From the human T2T-CHM13v2.0 reference genome, Homo sapiens, in assembly GCF_009914755.1 (NCBI RefSeq), contig NC_060934.1: a stretch of 64,000 nucleotides of DNA; one strand, given 5' to 3'. Made by a program: the position numbers and the translations under genes. The notes beneath the pieces are model-generated. The model made no database searches and was not told where the DNA came from. It worked only from the letters and a program-made list of their open reading frames with translations. Each line of letters starts with the position of its first letter. The stretch's first letter is position 1. Below, one piece after another: positions 51,301-64,000 of this stretch.

Positions 51301-53794
51301 CCTCTGGCCATTCTCATTTTTGGTGGAATAGACGGGGAGTCAGAGAATAGCTAAGTGAGATCTCCTGAGTCCAGTGGTCTTTTCCTTTCCTCCCAAAGTG
51401 TGAACACAGTGAGGCTGGGAGTCTCTGAGCCTCTGCGCCTCAGTAGGAAAAGCAAAAGATTTGATGATGGAAGATTTAGCGCAGGCCCTGACATTGCCAC
51501 CTACAAGCTGAGAGAACCTGGGGAAGCCACTTCATGTTGAGTTTCTGTGGATATGAAATGTGACTCTCATGAGAAATGATAAGACATAGTCATAAAAGAA
51601 ATACCTATGCTAGTTAAATTATACAAATAGAAGAGTATAAATTTCATAAAAGTCTTTAAAATTTAAAAGATGGAAAGGATTAAAAGTAAAGAGAGCCAGG
51701 GGCTGGTTTGCTTCCCTGAGTTTTAAAAATTGTCTAAGTTCAGGCTTTAAATGGATCAGCAATATACTGACTCTGCTATCACTGGCTCGAGGCTGATGAA
51801 AAGGTCAGTGATCTAGAACAAAACTATCTTCCCTGCTGACTCTGGGAAACTCATATCTTGCAGGAGAGAGAAGATTTACATAGAAAGATAGGCAGACAAG
51901 AATGGAGGTTAGAAGGAGTAATGTGGCTCATTCGACAAGTGACACGAGGGGAAGGGAACATCATAATTTCTCTTGGTATTTGTTAGTATGCCATTTATTC
52001 TACAGAGGGCTGGCAACATGTTTTATGATTTACAGAGCTTGTTTGCACCTGAATGTCCAAGCTCACAAGGCTGCATTTACTTAAGTCATAGCAGCTAGAC
52101 AATTCCATGGGGGACTAGCAGGCTGGTGTGGAGACAATTGCACTGGTTACTTGGTATCATGTTGATGAAAACCCTGTGGTTTTGGATTGAATGTTTTGCT
52201 TTGCATCCAGGGTACATTTGTGCTCTGTTGGCATAGCTTAATGCTGATGAGCTGAATCTGGAAAAGAAAGATTGTTGTCTCACCAGTTGGCTCTGGGCCA
52301 TTTTGATGCTTAAAGAAATATTGATCTTGGAACTTCTAAATGCAAGCTGAGAGTGGACACAGGGAGCAGGTATTGACTTCTTTGACAATTTAAATAGATC
52401 ATTCTGGAAAAATATAACTATTGAAGTCCAACCCATTTTAAAAATTGTTGAATTTAGGTTTAGAATCAGAATGCCTATGACTAGGAATAATTGCATGAAT
52501 TGCTTTACTTACATGAAGAAAAAATCTGTTAGTTACCTTCCAGATGTTCAACCTTACCTAAATAATTTCTCTTTGAACCTTAGTATTCTCACTAAAGAGA
52601 AGGAGAGTGATAGGATACCTTCTCTGGCTTGCTATGTTGGATAAATGCAATAATATATCTGTAAGAACTGAGTGTCTGACAAATAGTGGGCATTATATAT
52701 ATGTGAATTTCTGACCAGGTCCAGAATGGTGTGTTAATGGTGAGGCATTTGGCAGTGCAAAGTTTGGTTTGAATATTTAAGATCATAAGAATATTGACCT
52801 TTGGCTACATTGTATATGGGCTTTAAATTTACTAATACTGAGATACTGAGCTGGGGTATAGATTTAAAGCGAGAGATAAATGTTTTCTCAATAGTCAGTT
52901 ATCTGAGTAGATTCCTAGAAGTTGGAAGGAGCCTGTAATAGTGGAGTGAGCATGTCCTTTCATGTCAGTCATTCTTTGTTTTGAATCCTGACTGTGCCAC
53001 TTACTAGTGCAGCTCTATGTCCATAGTAGATGGGAGAAGTTGTAAAGTTTGGAGCTTTCAACTATTTAAGACAGTTTTTTTCTGTCTCTGATACATTGTT
53101 TGATTCAATGTGTAGGATGAAAAATGGCCTTTGTTAATGCTATCTTTTATTATATCCCAGGACTCTAAAGCCACGGATTCAGGAAGGGGAGGGCCTAGTA
53201 GCCAGAATACTTAACTCCTTATTTTAAAACTTATCATCCCATGTCATGTTGTCACATGACTGCTAGATACCTGTGAACCATTCTGATGAATTTCAACTAA
53301 GGTGAGCATGGTTGGGGTGACTAAATATATGACCTCTCTGAAGGAATATTTGTAAAAGTTGAAGAATTTTAAAGCGAAAGGAGTTAATATTAGAGAAATG
53401 CTTAGCCCTATATCAAGATAACTTTGGTAAATATTTTTATGTAGGAGATGTTAGCAACTTTCAAATTATATTGCATATAGTTTAGATACAGGGATTATGT
53501 TAAATCTAAATATAAAGTTGTTTCAGCATAAAGCCAGTCAATGATGCCAAAATTATTTCAGTCTGATTTTTACAAGTTCTACCCACCTTCAGCCACAGCA
53601 GAGTGTTTATGTATAAAAAGAAAGATTTATTCTTTCTATAGACATTTGTTGAACACCTATCATCCTTCTAGTATTGGAGATAGTGGATGCAGAGATGTAG
53701 CTGTCCCCACTCCCCGCACCCCCTCCACACTAAATTTAAACCTAAAAGGAAAAGACAGCTAATTGAAACGACAAATTAAATGATAGGATGGAGA

Positions 53795-53870
53795 GGTACA
53801 ATCTCCAAAGAAGGGGACCTAATGGCCCTTTCTTTGGTACAATCTCCATTTAACAGAGGACCTAATGGCC
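53795..53870. repeat. Imperfect 41-bp tandem duplication inside an L2 remnant
   Basis: GGTACAATCTCCA...GGACCTAATGGCC occurs twice (53795 and 53836). Confidence 0.85.
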
Positions 53871-54089
53871 TCTGGCTGGTCAGGATGGGCTTCTTAGAGG
53901 CTGCTTAAGCTGAGGGTGACAGGAGGAGTGTGGGGATTCATTAGGCGGAGAAGAGTTAGGAGCAGACAGAGCAAGTGTCCTAGGAGTTTGCTGTGAATTT
54001 TATACTACTCACCAATTAAAGTGATGCAGCCTATAATTGTGAAAATGAACTGTATTTTCTCCTTTTCATGAATCTTCCACCAAGTCTAA

Positions 54090-55440
<1,351 letters not shown>

Positions 55441-57446
55441 TCTTTCTGTGAATGGATTATAGGGATGTCATGGTACTTATACAATATATTCTGTAGCATT
55501 ATTATCTGGGTCTAGAGCAATAACCCACAATCAAACTTATCAATATTTCAGGGAAATTTTAGAATGTTCATATTGAGTAGGATAAGGACTTTATGTCAGT
55601 CCAGTCACATTTTGCTGGACACACAGGAGAACACTGCAGATTTGCCCAAACTCTCCTTTTGGATGTGGCAATTCTAAAACTAATAGAGTGGTAGAATTGA
55701 AGAGGAGAAAGGCCAGTGAATTGCAGGTTCTCATTAGACTTGATTACATTTTTGCTTCGGTGGGCTGTCTTTTTTTGCTGAGTTTCATCTTAAGACCCAA
55801 TTTGAGTCTCATTCAACAAAAGATTACCATGAGAAAAATAATTGCACAAAAGTAGAAGATAAAAGGTTGAGAGTGATTATATTTGACAGTGTTTATTCAT
55901 ATGGTTATTTAATGTAGACCAGTTTGAATTTATAATAAATCAGATATCCAGTTTGTGTTTTTCTTCAGTTTTCTGAAAAAAGGCTTAAATCTCATTTAAA
56001 ATTTTAATCAACTTCCAGAAGATAAACTTTTACTTTTTGTTTAATTTTATAAAACAATTGATATAATGCAGTGATATAATAATCTTTGATCTAACACCAA
56101 ATGTGTAGGGTTGCTTAATAAAGTAATCTATTATGCTATTTGTATGATACGTTTTTCAGTGTTAAACCACTTCATGTTTTTCATGTATCACTATGTAGAT
56201 CCTGAAATGATTGAATAGGAATAGAGTTACTGAGCTTTTGGATGTCTTTGGAACCATTTCATTTCTAGTCTTGCTCTACATTAAATGATGTGTGCTTTAT
56301 TTATTTATTTTTAAATGATAGGAATTCAACTTTGGATGCTGAAATAAAGTCCCATGGAAGCAAAGTGAATTTCCTATAGAAATATGATTTCTATGCCCAT
56401 TTGTCATGAGCTGACTGGCCTCAGAGTGGGGTGCAAAATTTTGTACATACATTAATGTCTGGTTTCTCCACAATTGAGAGGTTAACTCTGAAATTACTAA
56501 AATCAATTAAGATGATTCCAAATGCCCAGTGGATTATGCCACAGTAGAAAGTGTTAAAGTGAAAAAATCAGGTTTTGCACTATTAGCAAAATTGTGCTGA
56601 GACACCAGAACACCAGAGCATAACTCATTGAAACTCAATTTTTTTCCTAGTTGCACAGAAAAATAACAGTCTTTTAGAAAGCTCTATTCATGCGGAGGTA
56701 GTCATTACTGATTTTGAATTCTGAGTTTTTGCTGTTTGCCCTGCCTGCCAGATATTTCACAGGACTAATTTTTTTCACCATTAGGATATCTTGGCAAGCA
56801 ATGTCATAACAATAGACTTTTTTCTTTCTATTTCTTAAAATTCTTAATGTATTCCCATCCCCAGCCCCCAACAAAAAGAGCCTCCGTGAGAAGCAAATTT
56901 CTCTACATAAAGACTTTCCTATCATAAAAGCCTTCCCATGATGATCAATCACAATAATTTGTAGTTATGGTAATGTGAAGAATTAAGAATCATCCATTTA
57001 GGCCAGCAACTCCTTGCTATGTATCACTTTCCAAATTAGTAAATAGTAAATTATTAAATTAAGATTGTGTTTGAAGAACAGTTATCCTTCAATATTTAAT
57101 TTATTGGTGAAACTTAATAAAACAGTTTGTTATAAGATCACCTAATTTTGCCTAATGTACTTGTGTATTTAATGGATATAAGAAATAGATTGTCACTTGG
57201 CACTGAAGCCTACGAGGCACAAACTTTGTAATACAGTAAGTTCTCACTTAACATCATCCATAGGTTCCTGGAAAATGTGACTTTAAATGAAATAATGTAT
57301 GATGAAAGCAATGTTACCATAGGTTCATTGATATAAACAACATTTAACTTCTTATGGCATATTCCTGGTCACAAAAACACCACCAAATATCTAAATAAAG
57401 ATCCAAAGCAAGTCTAATATTAAACATTGAAATAGACGTGAGTTAT

Positions 57447-57844
57447 TGTTATCAGAATATCAGGCTCACCACACAGAATGACAGTTACGGAGACAAGTAC
57501 TGCCAGGGAAGGCTTTAATCAGGTGCCGTAGCTGAGGCGAAAGGGAGATAACGTCTCAAATTCATCTCCCAAACCAGCTCAACTTGGGGGGTTTATATAG
57601 TGGGGAAGTGGGAAAACAAGAATTAAGGAGGGATAAGAAAGCAGTCCTGATGTATGAGGGGTCTGGTGGCTCACTGAATGTAATCTGATAAGTTTCAATT
57701 TCTTGCCTGAGAGTGAGTTTTGAGGAAGAAACTCAGGTGAGACAAATGTAAGTTTCATGTTTTAGGGTCAGGGAGGGTCAGTTTCTATGTTTATTTTTAG
57801 AAACCCATAAATATTCGTTCTATGAGACAATTGGGCCTGTTTCA
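57447..57844 (-). mobile_element. MER66-like ERV1 solo LTR
   Basis: Minus start TGAAACAGGCCCAATTGTCTCATAGAAC...AAACATAGAAACTGACCCTCCC; TSD TTAT/GTAT. Confidence 0.82.
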
Positions 57845-58051
57845 GTATACATTTCACTATACATTTAAGAAAGGCTAATAAAAACAAACACAATCATTAT
57901 TTAACTTGCTGCCAGCTTTTGGTGAATCAGTGAGTGATGGTGGTCGTAGTGGTGGTGGGTTAAATCAAAGAATAAATGTTTGCAAAATGAAAATTGCAGG
58001 GAAATTCTCCTCCCACTATGCAGTTCAAAAGCAAACAAGAACAAATACTGC

Positions 58052-58629
58052 TGTAGGAGACCCAGAGATCACCTCTCTTTATCTCTTATGTGGGCTGTTT
58101 GGCTGAATCAAGAAACCAAATTGACACCAGGCAGATTAACAAGAGGAAAACATACAAATTTTATCAGTTTTACATGTATATGGGGATCTTCACGAGTGAA
58201 GTCCAAAGATGGCCAAAGGATGATGCTTTTATCCTTTTTAGACAAAGAACAATAAATTTGAGAAGAAATGACAGGGAAAAAAGAGATCTGTCTAGAAGCA
58301 GTACATTTTTAGGGAAATCACTAGGAGATACATGAGGGAGGGGTGTAGTGGAAGGTAAGTGTTACTTTATTAAGTATATTTATTCAGGTCTACTGCATCT
58401 TCCAATTCCCAGTTTCTAGTAGGGCTATTTTCACACCCTGGTAAGGGCTATTTTTACACCCTGGTGGGGAAGGGCATCTCTCCCAGAGGATTCTTTATGG
58501 CTTGCTACATGCAGGAAGAGACAGGTTACCTCCCCTTTCTGAAACTATAATTTCTCCAATGTTTTCAAATCAGAATAATCAATATACCAATTCAGCATAT
58601 TTTGGGATGGCAAGTCCTTCACTACTTCA
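58052..58629 (-). mobile_element. MER34-group ERV1 solo LTR containing a 23-bp tandem duplication (about 58419-58464)
   Basis: Minus start TGAAGTAGTGAAGGACTTGCCATCCCAAAATATGC; GGCAGATTAACAAGAGGAAAACATACAAATTT. Confidence 0.75.
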
Positions 58630-59554
58630 GTGGGTGAGCTGAGCACTTTCATACCTTATCATTTATTGTTGCACATTTGCATGATTATCAAGTCTTAACG
58701 AATTTTGATTTGACAATAATTTGTATTCATTTCTTCCTTCATTCATTTTCCAACCTGCTTACTCCAGCTCAGGGTCGTGAGGCTCTGGTAGCTCAGGGCC
58801 AAAGCAGGAACAAACCCTGGACAGAATGCCATCCCATCACAGGGTGCACTCACATACACATACACACTCAGTCAGACTGGGACCACATAGACATGTCAGT
58901 GAACCTAACAGGCACATCTTTGGAATGTGGAAGGAAACTGGTGTATTCAGAGAAAACCCATGAAGACGTAAGGAGAATGTGCAAACTCCACACAGACAGT
59001 GGCTCCTGCTAGGAATCAATTTTTTTCCTCATCATTATTATATCAAAACAACCTTGAATGAGACAACATTATTTGAGGAACTGCTGTACTGTATTTGAGT
59101 TCTGTAGGATTCCAGAGGGGAAACAGGGTTCTACCCATTGCACTTTTCCACTTATTCCACTAATGACTTCACATTCTTTTGTAATAAACATTGATCATAT
59201 TAAGTATTAGGATAAGTAGTTTGCAATTGCTCCAAAATATTTAGAACATTTATTCCATCCATCTCATTCTTCCTATGTGATAGAACATACCCTTCCAAAG
59301 ATATCATCTACAGACTCTCCTCTATGAGCCAAATAACTTTGGTATAGGTAAAGATCTGAATAAAAGTATTTCTGCCTCCCATTCTTTTCCTCTCTGCTTT
59401 CCCCATTCTATATTTGTAAATAAATGAACAAGTTGATGCATTAGAAAGTACAACAATACATATTAAAATGTCCTTCTTATTTAAACTAGTTTTTCCTTTA
59501 CTTTGTACAGGAAGGTATTGTAGAGCAATAGGATAAAATAAATTTTCTCCTTTA

Positions 59555-59962
<408 letters not shown>

Positions 59963-59996
59963 TTATGTCCCTTTGTTAAAGTGGTTATAAAAAAAC

Positions 59997-60152
59997 AGTG
60001 GTTTTTAATTTGAGGAGAATTTATTAAAAATGCAGATTACAAAGTCAGAGATGTAAGACATGGAAGGTGGGGGTCAGGTATTTATAGTTGAGAAAATCAA
60101 AACAGGTGATTCTGATGTAGGTAATTTTCAGACATCTAATAGAAGAACACTA
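59997..60152. mobile_element. MER5-type hAT MITE
   Basis: CAGTGGTTTTTAA...AAAATGCAGATT...CAGGTGATTCTGATG...AGAACACTA. Confidence 0.65.
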
Positions 60153-62129
60153 TGCCTACACTTAATTACTTCATAGTAGTTATTGTATATTTGCTAATGT
60201 TTACTTTTGTTATTTGCTAGCTTTAATAACTTTTTATGCTTTCATTAAATCAGGTCAAATCATTTGTAGTTTTTGTTACAGTCATACTTTTTAAAAAAGT
60301 ATTTGGATCATCCAGCTTAGACCCTAATAATTCTGTTTACCTACATTTTTGCAAAAATGAAAGTCTACTTAGTAATAATAAAATGAGCTAAATCTGCTTA
60401 AAGCCAAGATCAAAAATTTTACTAAGGTAATTTTTTCTTAAGTTTTAATCTACTTCTTGGAGTGGAGGAGCAACCTGTCAATTATGTATTAAGTTCAAAT
60501 TTCATATACACAGTACACATGAAACATTAAAGCTCTGAACTAAAATAATTTCTTATTAACATTTAAGTAAGATGTTTATCTAATCTTGTCACAGTTAGAA
60601 GCAGAAACCAAAGGGGTTTAAATATGCATCTCATCACTGAATGTCAAGCCACTAACAGAGCCCTTAATTAGCATGTGAAACATCTTAGTTCTTTGCTAAG
60701 TGGTTTCTTTGTCCCACTCACTCCTGCGGGTGGGAGACAGCATTAGACAACTTGTTGCTGAAACTCAGTTCACATTTGTTTTCCAAAATATTTATGTATT
60801 TTCTGTGTTCACGGCTTTACTGCTGACTGAACTGTGTCCTGGAGGAATGGACAAAAGAGGAACAAACATTTTCGGGAAATTGAAGAAAATTTCAGATTTC
60901 ACTGGGAATTTGGATACCAATATAATTCATAGGCATTTCATTAGATTTTGGCTCATTAACTACAACAAACATATTGGGGATTATAAGCAACGCCTTCAAA
61001 TTTTAGGGCCATTTTAAAACTCATTGTAACAACACAGCATAACTCCTTCTTTTTTAAGATCCTTGGTTGCTCAAGATTGACTTGTACTCTCAGTGTTATT
61101 TGGAGAGTTCTGAAATTGGTCTGGTGTTGGCATTTCACAAGCCCCATCCATAGGCCTTGAAATCTAACAACATTTTAAATTAAAGTGCTTCCTATTAGAA
61201 AAACAGTTTAATGAAGAATTATTATATTAGGTCAGGGATAGAGATGGGAAGTGGCCTATTACTTCACCATGCAGAACAGAATTTATCACATTGTCTAATG
61301 AGTAATCATTCATTAGTTCACAGATATTTGTGAATAGATTTTCCTTTGGTGGGTTTGGTAATAACTATTTGTTAAATATTAAGCCATTTATGTAACTTCA
61401 ATGGCATTCTTTTATTAAAAATCTATACAATAAATGAACTGGATTAAATGATCCTGTGCACTTTCAGATCAAGATTTCAAAGGATCTTATTGTTTCTAAT
61501 TTTTAAAGACTTGTTGTGTCTTATTATTATAGCTAACTCTTTAAGTTGAAGCTGGAACCAATTATCTATGGGAACAATTTGATTAAGGCAATTCAAAATA
61601 GCAAATTTTTATGAAGAGCCTACTCTGTGTTGAATACAATAAATAAATACTCTTACAGGTCTGGTCAATGTTCTATATCGTTGAGAAGATGGAGGGGCTG
61701 TCCTAAAGTAAGCAGCAGGGCTTGGCTCCTTCTTGCAGAAGCAAAGGAGAAATAAAATAGGAGCTAAGGAGAAGTTTGAGGAGGCAGTACTGGGGCAGGG
61801 GAATGGGCAGGAAAGGTGAGGGACCAAAAGGGAAGCCACCTCCTTCACTAGTGTGAGCAGGAAGTAAAGAGGCTAGTATAGCCCATCTCTTGCTCTGGGG
61901 CTCAGGAGTCTGTTTATATATAAAGTTCACGTGAAGATAAAAATTTCTATTTCGGTCCGAACTGTGTTCGGTTCCTGACACAAAGCTAGTACTTAATAAA
62001 TGGTAGTGGCTATTATTACAGTATTATTGCATTTATTTTTCTAGTGGTATCAGTATGCTGCCGTATAGCCACCACTCTGAACAGGAAATATAAATTTGAT
62101 GGCAAAATGTCACTAATTCTGATTAATGG

Positions 62130-62250
62130 GAAATGTGACCCTATTTGGAAATAGGGTTATAGCAGATATAATTCATTGATATGAGGAGTGAGCCCCTAAT
62201 CTGATTACTGGTGTCTCTATAAAAGGTGGCAATTTGAGTCTAGAAACACA
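62130..62250 (+). mobile_element. MLT1B-like LTR fragment
   Basis: AATGTGACCCTATTTGGAAATAGGG...GCAGATATAATT...ACTGGTGTC. Confidence 0.7.
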
Positions 62251-62359
62251 CACAAATAATAATTTTCTTATGCAAAAATAAAAAATGATTAGAGTGGTTT
62301 TATCTTTTATTGCTTTATTTTCTTCCTTCCAAAAGAAATTTGAAATTATTTAAATAAAA

Positions 62360-62600
62360 ATATTAGCTGTTGGTTAATGGGCACTTATTTTGTGGTAGGA
62401 GTACTGTACTAAAGAAATCCCACTGAGCATCTTTATAAACCATTCAACAATATAATGAGGTAGGTATGGTAGCAGCCTCCTTTATTTTATGTATGGAAAT
62501 ATTGACAGTGGGAGGATTTTGTGGCTTGCAGAAGGCTTCACAGTTGGCCTAGAATATATTAATAGACAAATCTAAGGTAGCCTGAAACTTTGTGCTTTAA
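62360..62600 (-). mobile_element. MIR
   Basis: ATGAGGTAGGTATGG...GTGGCTTGCAGAAGGCTTCACAG. Confidence 0.6.
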
Positions 62601-63482
62601 AAGAGCTATTGCCCCTATGTCCAAAGGCTGTGCAATGTTCTGAGAGTGTGTGGGTCGAGGGGAGGAGGCACTCATCCCTGTTCTCATGGCCACTCCCTTC
62701 TCACTTGATCAGGGTGGTTGGATGTTGGGAAAGAAACCTTTGGGCCCCAGTTGGCTCTTAGTACAAAGATGACCGTGATTTTGCCTCAGATCTCAGCGCC
62801 ACTCTAGAAGCACATTTGGGTGAAGCTTCTGGAGATTTGGATTTACCTGGATGCTTTTTGGTTCCAGATAAAAAGCATTTTCAGAGAAGTCAAGGAACTT
62901 TGGCTGCAATAGCATCAATGTTCATGAATAAAACTCTGTGAAATAATTCTGAAAACAAGAAGGCTTAGGAGGCTATTTCAAAAGGAGGCAAATTAGAGGG
63001 TTCAGTCTGAGTCCTGCTGTTTTTTCTTAGTAAAACTTAATGTCTCCTATAAAAACATGGGCTCTCCATTACTCTTTTATTATCCAGTTCACATTTTAGC
63101 TACTCAATACAATCATATTCTCATTTGTTCATACAATGATTTACTCATTAATAGAATTTGAGTGCTGACTCAGTGCCAAGTCAGGAAGGATAGATACCCA
63201 GCCTAGAGTGGTTGTGAGAGAGATCATTCTGGAGGAAGTGATCTGAGGTAGTAGGTGGTTCCTAGCTAGTAAGTAGGAATTAGTCATGAGAAGAAGTAGG
63301 ATAGAGAATATTCCAGGCATAGCAAAAGGCAGGGAAAGGAGAATGCTAGAGGAAAGTGCTGAAAGATGATTCTGGGAGGTACAATGGAGGCAAATAGTCA
63401 CAAAAAAACTCGTATGGCAAATAAGGAGTTTGAATTTTACTTGGTTAAGTAATGATGAAATACTGAGAGTTTTAAAACAGTT

Positions 63483-63886
63483 TGTTGTACTGACACCAGT
63501 GGGCTCTGGAAAGTTCCCAAACACCAGTGGGACCTTGATTCCAATGGGTGTCCAGGCTTTTGACATCATCTCAAGCAGGAATTCATGAGTGATTCAGAAA
63601 ATAGTGAAAGTATAGAGATTTCTTGCGAAATGAAAAGTACACACTCAAGAAAGGGGAGTGTTGGTATACTCAAGAGAGTTGCACACAAGGGGGTTTGGGG
63701 ATGTTACTTTTATGAGTTTCTTTAACAAAGAGGTGGAATAATCATGATTCCTGAAAAAAGGTGATTTCTTAGCACAATTAAAAGTTCTGTACTCATACCT
63801 CTATGGGCCGTATAAATTTTGAATACCTCACAGAGCTCAGAATGCTCTCAGCTAGACTAGGATTTCTTGGAAAAGTGGTGTCACCT
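63483..63886 (-). mobile_element. ERV1 (MER4-group) LTR, subfamily uncertain, cut by an Alu
   Basis: TCCAGGCTTTTGACATC...GAAAATAGTGAAAGTATAGAGATT...AAAGTACACACTCAAGAAAGGGGAG. Confidence 0.65.
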
Positions 63887-64000
63887 AATTTTTCTTTTCT
63901 TTTCTTTTTCTTTCTTTCTTTTTTTTTTTTTTTTTTTTTGAGACAGAGTCTCGCTCTGTCGCGCAGGCTAGAGTGCAGAGACATGATCTCAGCTCACTGC
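63887..64000 (-). mobile_element. Alu 3' end, runs off the right edge
   Basis: T-rich tail then TGAGACAGAGTCTCGCTCTGTCGCGCAGGC. Confidence 0.93.

Larger units (their letters stand above)
57234..59086 (+). mobile_element. MER6 (TcMar-Tigger non-autonomous) with two nested LTRs
   Basis: TA|CAGTAAGTTCTCACTTAACATC ... ATTATTTGAGGAACTGCTG|TA imperfect TIRs with TA target duplication; MER6 body. Confidence 0.9.

Overview
Primate (human or close ape) non-coding DNA. Most of the window is retroelement and DNA-transposon fossils; no host protein-coding gene is supportable. The long ORFs are L1 ORF1/ORF2 remnants, antisense-Alu frames or GC-rich LTR frames. Layout: (1-9.0 kb) an L1PA7-like element nested in the ORF2 of an older L1PA, both on the minus strand; a Y4 RNA processed pseudogene at 9.6 kb; a near full-length Tigger1 at 10.4-13.5 kb; a full-length THE1 provirus inside an MLT1C LTR at 24-26.8 kb; several ERV1/MaLR solo LTRs; a MER6 carrying two LTRs at 57-59 kb; plus Alus, L2 and MIR remnants. 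I find no new protein-based system. The signals least explained by repeat annotation are: (i) two independent ~150-bp direct copies of local sequence placed 908 and 990 bp from their donors, with microhomology or patchwork junctions and no retrotransposition hallmarks; (ii) a CpG-retaining domain at ~41-42.2 kb where an AluS-type element keeps 24 CpGs, pointing to germline hypomethylation and possibly a promoter, with candidate minus-strand exons downstream; (iii) a complete branch point/pyrimidine tract/AG-GT recursive-splice motif built from an antisense L1ME tail. Repeat subfamily names come from recall of consensus sequences, not from a search. Boundaries of old L2/MIR/L1M fragments are approximate.
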